The translations under genes and the position numbers were made by a program. Positions 36,301 to 42,123 of a stretch of DNA of 42,123 nt are shown piece by piece. The notes below the pieces were generated by a model. The model ran no database searches. It had not been told where the DNA came from and saw nothing but the letters and a program-made list of their open reading frames with translations. Numbering within the stretch: position 1 is the stretch's first letter; the number at the start of each line of letters is the position of its first letter. This stretch comes from an uncultured Flavobacteriales bacterium (lineage in GTDB: Bacteria; Bacteroidota; Bacteroidia; AKYH767-A; 2013-40CM-41-45): the NCBI GenBank assembly GCA_964355035.1, contig CAYHCU010000003.1, forward strand, positions 1 to 42,123, written 5' to 3'.

Positions 36301-38677
36301 TACAACAATTAACGTAACTAGTGTAAGCGCTCCGACAGCTACAACTCCGGTTGTGTATTGTCAGAATGCAGTAGCATCTCCACTTTCTGCAACACCGATT
36401 GGTGGTAACGAACTTTGGTGGTACACCGCTCCGACAGGAGGAAGTGGTAGTTTGATTGCCCCTACTCCTTCAACAGCAGCAGCGGGATCAACTACTTATT
36501 ATGTCTCTCAGCAAGCAGCAGCTCCTTTAAGTATTGCTATTAATGGATATATGGATAATACCGTTCCGGATGAATTTGCTTTTGTAGCATTAAGTAAAAT
36601 TCCTGCAGGAACTGTGATTTACTTTACTGATAATGGATACATCACAACACCGGTTCTTCCTGCAACAATAGGTTTCCGTGGTGCAACAGCATTGAATGCA
36701 AAAGGAAATGAAGATATGACCAAAATTACAGCAATCAATACAATTGCTGCCGGTACAGTAATAAGAAGTTATGTTTCTACAGCAGATTATTCCTGGACAT
36801 TTACCGGACCAATTACGTGCTCTACTTGTACAACAGTCAGCAATTATTCAGCGTTAGCTTTTGCAGCTGCAAATGACCAGATCTATGCATTTACCAGTAC
36901 AACAACAGATAATCCATTGTTCAATATTGCTCAACAAGTACATTTGTATGTATTCGATGATAGTAATGCATTTGAATCAGCAACTTCAACAGCAACCGGT
37001 GCAATTCCTCCGGGACTTACAGCGGGTGTAACAGCCAATACATTCCCATTTGCTTCGTCTAACTATGTGAATTTAAATAATGATGGATTAACAAGAACGA
37101 TTGCTGCTTGGCGTACTTATATGTCACTAAGTTCTAATTATACAATAGGAACAGGGGTTGGACCAGGAGTGCCTTCAGCTAGTTTAAATGTTGACCTTGG
37201 TTGCGAAAGTGCACGTACGCCAATTGTTGTTACAGTGAACGAAGCACCAGTTGTAACAGCAACTCCAACAGCTATTCTTTGTAATGGTGGTACATCAGTA
37301 GTAACAGTTACTGCAACAGCAGGATTGGCTCCGTATACAGGAGAGGGAACATTTACTGTAACTGCCGGATCACATACATATTCTGTTTCGGATGCGAACA
37401 GTTGCTCGGGATCAACAACAATTTCAATTACAGAGCCAACTGCTGTTTCAGCATCAGCAGTATTGACTACACCAATTTTATGTAATGGAGGAACAGCAAC
37501 AGTTACAGTTTCTGCAACAGGCGGAACATCTCCTTATACAGGAGAAGGAGTCTTTACTGTTTCAGCAGGAACTCATTCTTATACAATTACAGATGCGAAT
37601 CTTTGTACTGGAACAACGTCGATAACAGTAGCTGAACCTGATGCAATTATTGTAACAGCAACAGAAACTACATCGATTGTTTGTCCGGGTGGTACAGCAA
37701 CAGTTACCGTATCTGCAACAGGCGGAACATCGCCTTATACAGGAGAGGGAGTCTTTACTGTTTCAGCGGGAACTTATACTTATACAATTACTGACGCTAA
37801 TCTATGTACAGGCTCAACTTCAATTGTAATTTCGGATCCGGCATCGGTATCGGCGACAAGTTTTGCGCCAACTTCGGGTTGCGAAGGCTCAATTGTATCA
37901 ATTTTTGGCACAAATTTAAATCTGGTGACAAGTGTTGACTTGAACGGAATTTCAGCTATATTTGGGTATATCAACCCGGGAGAAATTCAGGTAACGATTC
38001 CTCCGTCTGCGACAAGTGGGTTGTTTAATTTATACACAGCTGCGAATTGTACTTCAAGTACAGCTGCTAGCTTCACAGTAACAACATGTTCAACGGGAAT
38101 GGTATTAAATCTTAAAGCATTTTTGCAAGGTTTCTACATCGGTGGCAGTCAAATGAACCCGGCGTTAGCATATGAAGGTGTTCCGGGAGCAACGGGTCTT
38201 GAAGCAGATACAATTCAGGTTGATATTTATGACGAGTTTACGTTTGCGCCTGCAGGATCTGCTAAAGCGGTCTTGATGACAGATGGTACAGCAACAGTAA
38301 CAATCAATGGTGCTGATGCCAATTACTTTATTTCAGTACGTCATCGCAACAGTGTTATAACATGGTCTTCTGTAGCTATTCCTTTTGCATCAGCAACTCC
38401 GGTTAGCTATGACTTCACAACAAGCCAAACTCAAGCTATGTCAGGATGGATGGCAGATGATTACTCAGAAGGTATTTATTCAATCTTCTCCGGTGATATC
38501 AACCAAGATGAATGGGTCGATGCCAATGATTATCCATTCTTTGACATTGACAACTCATTGGGATTATGTTGTGACTATTACGCAACCGATTTAAATGGCG
38601 ATGGTTTCGTGGACGCAAATGATTATCCATTCTTTAGTATTAATAATGATAACGGAGTATTCTCAATTCATCCATAA
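30317..38677 (+). CDS. Giant secreted multidomain surface protein ending in an X-module + dockerin-like domain
   Basis: Signal peptide, a duplicated YxQxFxGL..RALG..IDD domain, three FN3-like domains, SprB-like repeats, Ig-like and IPT/TIG domains, and two C-terminal DxNxDxxVDAND loops. Confidence 0.9.
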   Translation: MINALLNYSANRKSIIQKALTLVCLFTIFIVLPSHSQVTMTTSGSYSQNFDGLPSTGSPVWTDNSTLANWYAQRSASTGTTIIASDGNTTSGGLYSFGTIASTERALGTIGSGTPKNFAYGIVFQNTSGITITDIKVSYKLEQWRVATTSTQTDSFFYKTSSSLITLLNPGLSLSNGWTNVASLNGISPTTSATAAPIDGNNALNQVSFTNVSIPALSLANNSYIFIKWDDIDHTGSDHGLSIDDVTITWTITPTSTATLANITQPSGSITQGATDAVLSGFTLSADVASDFTTVTVSTTGTATSTDISNVRVFRDNDGNGAINGSDAAVSASALAYAASMNFSITGETGITTGRNYLIVADIAQSGISTAGRTTTASVGSGAFVTTAAANLGSATGNSRTLIAPNPTQLAITNINPASPFTNTAFSVTVQSQDANGIVSAVTSNTSVSITLASGTGNLTGTLTGVIGIGTSQVIITGVLYDVAETGVSLTATRTTGDILTAGTSGTFAVTVNVTSMIFVSASITPFSTAVGTPSGTQSYSVSGSNLNIGAGISIAPPAAFEISGNGGTSWTVFPNSLTIADIAGVVSPTSILIRYNPAASGSNSGNIQHTSTGATQVDLAVSGSAIEAEPNTQSVITFGVVSGSSIEVNFGGGNGTSRVVVASLSPITFLPGDGAGIAGTVSANFTLATDQGAGNKVVYDGSLNTVTVTNLSGSTLYYFAVYEFNGSGVTANYFTSSPGLGNKSTIASEPASSATTSFTRIKETELYISFTGGSGPNRMVVVNSAAVTFTPIDGSTYTGANTVFTSATDQGGGNKIVYDGTATSVIVTGLTRGTTYNVHVYEYNGTSLATNYLTSTFGNATGTTPDYISYSTGTYTQDFNGLNVSGSFGTTGFGQGPYYVSTPPMNATSATGWQILNQLSGDIKWTVDAGSGTGGSAYSYGSAASTDRALGALSSGTVIPALGAVLVNNSGGPLSDVTITFVGEQWKYAASVAGTLTFEYQIGGSDILTGTFTTVNGLNFTSPVTAGIAGPLDGNAAANRTAVNYSFTLSGNWLQGQTLAIRWKDFNDSGSDDALAIDDFTFSATGPQTPLTQDNNISFFTTLTNATGVSWTNGDGVSRIVKMNTVNSFTDPTDGNTYTGNTVYGGGEQVVFDGPGSTVNITNLTPATQYFFRVYGYNGTGVATKYNVTTAALNPNNIITAAPSFPTQLVVLDVNGGLDVVVNQPFTVTIQSQDGAGSPQNVTQNTTVDLTVFAGFGTLASGNTTGVITSGTNTITISGIIYDYAEPGVTLNAAATAGDVLTDGQTTIFTVYDIASDLQFANTPANGVVGLPVNPFYVYAVRPDATTDPYYVGSATITVFVGPGIISGTLTEPFVNGIATFSNVAFSSVGTYVLEATSGTLNSTLSSNILINPPIAFTELVVPQYIGSKTTGGASGTNTDRTPIAACFQIDNLTPNTTYNVAAGIGLVSEVNTTLGAGSLWNGTAYSGQIRSAAFTTDANGASGPVWIYIQPSANQTRFGGGEIHNIRIAYSTGSFGSNIVPNFITTKTITALDIANGTPITAATTDDGAFLTGALSACIGGKYILIYDNTSGTGDPMFVYQANPSTPNQPTQVTLPVSVDQIFMGTAAAGTFAAVYPIGANNANGVRRVEARNADNTIAAFATSATGIWPGGTNTTTATRRAVVALSATDVNLSSVTVSASATDVLCFGMATGTAAATASSANSPITYSWSPGLETTTSISGLVAGTYVVTATDAIGCTASASATVNQPTDLVIVGQVTNTGCAGGNTGAVDITVAGGVPSYTFLWSGSETTEDLTGLAAGTYSVLVTDANGCTKSATFTVITQNSNPTINATATPATICAGESSTLEATGALTYAWSPTGDIVPTTGAIVIATPTATTTYSVVAVDNNGCQSIGTVTLTVNPLPVVLVSPTTSSICDGSTVTLTASGASTYAWSPTSGLTPTTGAVVAATPSATTIYTVTGTSVDGCVASASTTINVTSVSAPTATTPVVYCQNAVASPLSATPIGGNELWWYTAPTGGSGSLIAPTPSTAAAGSTTYYVSQQAAAPLSIAINGYMDNTVPDEFAFVALSKIPAGTVIYFTDNGYITTPVLPATIGFRGATALNAKGNEDMTKITAINTIAAGTVIRSYVSTADYSWTFTGPITCSTCTTVSNYSALAFAAANDQIYAFTSTTTDNPLFNIAQQVHLYVFDDSNAFESATSTATGAIPPGLTAGVTANTFPFASSNYVNLNNDGLTRTIAAWRTYMSLSSNYTIGTGVGPGVPSASLNVDLGCESARTPIVVTVNEAPVVTATPTAILCNGGTSVVTVTATAGLAPYTGEGTFTVTAGSHTYSVSDANSCSGSTTISITEPTAVSASAVLTTPILCNGGTATVTVSATGGTSPYTGEGVFTVSAGTHSYTITDANLCTGTTSITVAEPDAIIVTATETTSIVCPGGTATVTVSATGGTSPYTGEGVFTVSAGTYTYTITDANLCTGSTSIVISDPASVSATSFAPTSGCEGSIVSIFGTNLNLVTSVDLNGISAIFGYINPGEIQVTIPPSATSGLFNLYTAANCTSSTAASFTVTTCSTGMVLNLKAFLQGFYIGGSQMNPALAYEGVPGATGLEADTIQVDIYDEFTFAPAGSAKAVLMTDGTATVTINGADANYFISVRHRNSVITWSSVAIPFASATPVSYDFTTSQTQAMSGWMADDYSEGIYSIFSGDINQDEWVDANDYPFFDIDNSLGLCCDYYATDLNGDGFVDANDYPFFSINNDNGVFSIHP

Positions 38678-38681
38678 AAAC

Positions 38682-38723
38682 AATAGGTGGTGTTGGATCG
38701 GCCCAGAACTAACACCACTTATT
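38682..38723 (+). terminator. Intergenic hairpin (weak terminator or mRNA-stabilising stem)
   Basis: AATAGGTGGTGTTGG / CTAACACCACTTATT, a 15-bp stem with G-U pairs, a 12-nt loop and a poor U tract. Confidence 0.55.
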
Positions 38724-38767
38724 TACATTAACCAAAAAGAAAAATATAACCAATAAACTATCAATAC

Positions 38768-41700
38768 ATGAAAGTAATTACACGGCTAATTAAGCGAGCA
38801 GCCTTCCTCGCTCTTCTTGTTATTTTAACAGGACTTGCTAATAGTAATGCACAGACATACTCTATGCAAATTTCCGGCTGTGTTGCAACGGCGAACAGAC
38901 TTGAGTTTGATGTCTTCCTGAGCAATGCCGGTCCCGCTACAATGCAAATTAACTCAACGGTAATTCGTTTGACTTTTGGCTCAGCGATTCTTCCTACTAT
39001 AGGAACAAATACCATTACAATTGGTTTTGTTAATGATGGAAACTCAGGCATGCCCTTAGTGTGGCCTCCGAACCTTACACCTGCTTTTACATACACTCCT
39101 TCCATTCGACAGTTTTCTGTATCTACGAATACCGGTACCTATTTGAACGGCGCAACATGTGCCGCTCCAAATATTCCTGTTGGCGGATCACTTAAATTAG
39201 GTCGTTTCTTTATTCAAAATTCTCAAAATTTTGTTGCCGGTGCATCCGTAGGATTTGCCTGGGCGGCAACATCGTCAGGTATCCTTTATTTAAATTGTTC
39301 AGGTACTGTATCATCTGCAGCATCCTTGATAAAAACATTGTCACCCCCTTGTTCATTGTCAATTCCAACAAGTGGTTGTGCAATTGCAGCTTCAATTCAA
39401 TCGCAAATCGACAACGTATGCTTTGGTGGAACTACAGGTTCTGCAACAGCTACATCAACAGGTGGTGTTGCACCGGTAACTTACTCATGGAGTAATGGTC
39501 AAACAGGAGAAACAGCAACAGGATTAGCAGCGGGAACTTATACCGTTACTGCTACTGATGCCAATTTGTGTTCTTCAACATCGTCTGCTATAATCTCACA
39601 GCCGGCATCGGCACTGACAACTTCAACTACTGCATCTGCTTGCGATAGTTATGTGTGGTCAGTAGATGGAGCAACTTATACCACTTCGGGAATCTATGTT
39701 GTTCACACTACTTCAGGAAACGGTTGCGATATTACGAATACTTTAAACTTAACGATCACGCCAAGCACGACAAATACAACTACAGCATCTGCATGTGATA
39801 CTTACACTTGGACGGCAAACGGTCAAACGTACACTACTAGTGGAACATACACATCAGTAACAGGTTGTCATACAGAAATTTTAGAATTAACAATCACACC
39901 AAGTACAACAAATACAACGACGGCATCTGCATGTGATACTTATACATGGGGAGTTAATAGCCAAACGTATACTACAAGCGGTACTTATACTTCAGTAAAC
40001 GGTTGTCACACAGAAGTGTTGAACTTAACGATCACACCAAGCACTTCAAATACAACTACAGCATCCGCATGTGATACTTATACATGGGGAGTGAATAGCC
40101 AGACGTATACAGCAAGTGGTACTTATACATCGGTAACGGGTTGCCATACAGAAGTGTTGAACTTAACAATCACACCAAGTACGTCAAATACAACAACAGC
40201 ATCTGCATGTGATACTTATACATGGGGTGTAAATAGCCAGACGTATACAACAAGCGGTACATACACATCAGTAACCGGTTGTCATACAGAAATTTTAAAT
40301 TTGACAATTACTCCTAGTACAACTAACACTACGACAGCTACTTCATGTGGCACTTATGTTTGGTCGGTAAACAGTCAATCATATACTGTAAGCGGAACAT
40401 ATACATCTGTTAGTGGTTGTCATACAGAAATTTTGATTTTGACGATTACGACAAATGCAACAAATACAACTACAGCATCAGCTTGTGATTCTTACACATG
40501 GGCGGTGAATAGTCAGACGTATACAACTAGCGGTACTTATACATCAGTAAACGGTTGTTTGACAGAGGTGTTGAATTTGACAATTACAACAAGTACATCG
40601 AATACAACTACTGCATCTGCATGTGCAACATATACATGGGGAGTGAATAGCCAGACGTATACAGCAAGTGGAACTTACACATCGGTGAGCGGTTGCCATA
40701 CAGAAATCTTAGTTCTGACAATCACGCCAAATACATCAAACACAACAACAGCATCTGCATGTGATACTTATACATGGGGCGTAAATAGCCAAACTTACAC
40801 AACAAGCGGCACTTACACATCAGTTAGCGGTTGCCACACAGAAGTGTTGAATTTAACAATCACTCCAAGTACATCCAATACAACTACGGCAACAGCATGT
40901 GGTTCTTATACTTGGGGAGTAAATAGCCAGACGTATACTGCCAGTGGAACTTACACATCAGTAAGCGGTTGTCATACAGAAATTTTGGTTCTGACAATTA
41001 CAACAAACATTACAAATACAACTACAGCATCAGCTTGTGATTCTTACACATGGGCGGTGAATAGTCAGACGTACACATCTAGCGGCACTTACACATCGGT
41101 TGTAGGATGTTTAACAGAAGTGTTGAATTTGACAATTACGCCTAGTACATCGAACACAACAACAGCATCTGCATGTGGTTCATATACATGGGGAGTAAAT
41201 AGCCAGACGTATACAGCTAGCGGTACTTACACATCAGTAAGCGGTTGTCATACAGAAATTTTAGTTCTGACAATCACGCCAAATACATCAAACACAACAA
41301 CAGCATCTGCATGTGGAACATATACATGGGGAGTAAATAGCCAGACGTATACAGCTAGCGGTACTTACACATCAGTAAGTGGTTGCCATACAGAAATCTT
41401 AGTTCTGACAATCACACCTATTACATCGAATACGACAACAGCATCTGCATGTGGTTCGTATACATGGGGAGTAAATAGCCAGACGTATACTGCCAGCGGT
41501 ACTTACACATCAGTGAGCGGTTGTCATACAGAAATTTTAGTTCTGACAATCACGCCAAATACATCGAATACAACAAGTGCAACTGCATGTGGTACGTATA
41601 CATGGGCAGTAAACAGTCAGACATATACTTCAAGCGGCACTTATACATCGGTGAGCGGTTGTCATACAGAAATTTTAATATTGACAATTGTTCCGGGTAC

Positions 41701-42123
41701 ATCGAACACAACAACACTAGCTGCTTGTGATAGTTACACATGGTCGGTAAATAGCCAGACGTATACTGTGAGTGGAACATATACGTTTGTGAGCGATTGC
41801 CATACTGAAATATTGAATCTTACAATTAACCCAACACCGGCACCTCCGGCAATTGTTATGGTTAATAATTGTAATGCAACAACAACATTGTCAACAACAG
41901 CAACAGGTTCATTGTTGTGGAGCAATGGTTCAACGGCTTCTAGTATTACTGTTGGTGTAGCGGGACTTTATTCAGTTACACAATCAGTAAATGGTTGTAC
42001 TTCTTCTGCTAGTTTTGCAAATGCAAATCCTATCGTGACATTGAGCGCATCAGCATCGGTTCAAGGTTCTATCGTTTGTTTCGGTGGCTCAACAACTGTT
42101 ACTATTTCTGCAGCGGGTGGAAC
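38768..42123 (+). CDS. Large secreted paralogue of 22873-26781 (partial, runs off the window): cohesin-like head + 15 x 46-aa repeats
   Basis: Missing from the ORF track because there is no stop in the window. Manual translation gives MKVITRLIKRAAFLALLVILTGLANSNA|QTYSMQISGCVATANRLEFDVFLSNAGPATMQINSTVIR..., colinear with the 1302-aa protein. Confidence 0.92.
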   Translation, partial: MKVITRLIKRAAFLALLVILTGLANSNAQTYSMQISGCVATANRLEFDVFLSNAGPATMQINSTVIRLTFGSAILPTIGTNTITIGFVNDGNSGMPLVWPPNLTPAFTYTPSIRQFSVSTNTGTYLNGATCAAPNIPVGGSLKLGRFFIQNSQNFVAGASVGFAWAATSSGILYLNCSGTVSSAASLIKTLSPPCSLSIPTSGCAIAASIQSQIDNVCFGGTTGSATATSTGGVAPVTYSWSNGQTGETATGLAAGTYTVTATDANLCSSTSSAIISQPASALTTSTTASACDSYVWSVDGATYTTSGIYVVHTTSGNGCDITNTLNLTITPSTTNTTTASACDTYTWTANGQTYTTSGTYTSVTGCHTEILELTITPSTTNTTTASACDTYTWGVNSQTYTTSGTYTSVNGCHTEVLNLTITPSTSNTTTASACDTYTWGVNSQTYTASGTYTSVTGCHTEVLNLTITPSTSNTTTASACDTYTWGVNSQTYTTSGTYTSVTGCHTEILNLTITPSTTNTTTATSCGTYVWSVNSQSYTVSGTYTSVSGCHTEILILTITTNATNTTTASACDSYTWAVNSQTYTTSGTYTSVNGCLTEVLNLTITTSTSNTTTASACATYTWGVNSQTYTASGTYTSVSGCHTEILVLTITPNTSNTTTASACDTYTWGVNSQTYTTSGTYTSVSGCHTEVLNLTITPSTSNTTTATACGSYTWGVNSQTYTASGTYTSVSGCHTEILVLTITTNITNTTTASACDSYTWAVNSQTYTSSGTYTSVVGCLTEVLNLTITPSTSNTTTASACGSYTWGVNSQTYTASGTYTSVSGCHTEILVLTITPNTSNTTTASACGTYTWGVNSQTYTASGTYTSVSGCHTEILVLTITPITSNTTTASACGSYTWGVNSQTYTASGTYTSVSGCHTEILVLTITPNTSNTTSATACGTYTWAVNSQTYTSSGTYTSVSGCHTEILILTIVPGTSNTTTLAACDSYTWSVNSQTYTVSGTYTFVSDCHTEILNLTINPTPAPPAIVMVNNCNATTTLSTTATGSLLWSNGSTASSITVGVAGLYSVTQSVNGCTSSASFANANPIVTLSASASVQGSIVCFGGSTTVTISAAGG
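39752..41821 (+). repeat. Coding tandem repeat, 15 x 138 bp (46 aa)
   Basis: 2070 bp = 15 x 138. Consensus TITPSTSNTTTASACxxYTWGVNSQTYTxSGTYTSVxGCHTExLxL. Confidence 0.95.

Noticed and set aside
38761-39105. 114-aa minus-strand ORF similar to the ORF at 22977-23210
   Set aside because: Both are antisense shadows of the paralogous head domains on the plus strand.
22957-39365. Paralogous head regions as a DGR template/variable repeat pair
   Set aside because: Differences in the segment compared are mostly synonymous and not adenine-specific, both copies are coding, and there is no reverse transcriptase in the window.
39752-41821. 138-bp periodic repeats as a CRISPR array
   Set aside because: The repeats are in-frame coding units with synonymous variation and no unique spacers, and no cas genes are present.

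Overview
AT-rich chromosomal window from a Bacteroidota bacterium, inferred from TAnnTTTG promoters, T9SS cargo proteins and ExbB/ExbD. The left part (1-12076) lies entirely on the minus strand: exbD (partial), exbB, a stand-alone nuoL-nuoM-nuoN block with its own promoter, small exported proteins, S8 and M28 peptidases, and rpiB. The rpiB-nadA intergenic region (about 12120-12572) looks like the chromosomal replication origin. It has many DnaA-box-like 9-mers, an IHF consensus, and tandem boxes + GGC + trinucleotide repeats + an AT-rich tract. Gene orientation switches here, and five degenerate parS palindromes lie within about 6 kb. The middle part holds nadA, a MORN-like repeat protein, a collapsed T9SS pseudogene, rnr, a coiled-coil membrane protein, a thioredoxin / MBL-rhodanese / YeiH sulfur cluster and several short intergenic simple-repeat elements. 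The right part (22873-42123) is a tandem array of four large secreted Thr/Ser/Gly-rich surface proteins. Two are paralogues with the same cohesin-like head but 5 versus 15 copies of a 46-aa repeat; the second runs off the window and is missing from the ORF track. A 2786-aa giant ends in a symmetric dockerin-like module rather than a T9SS CTD, which suggests a possible non-cellulosomal cohesin-dockerin surface assembly. No rRNA, tRNA, CRISPR array or transposase was seen.
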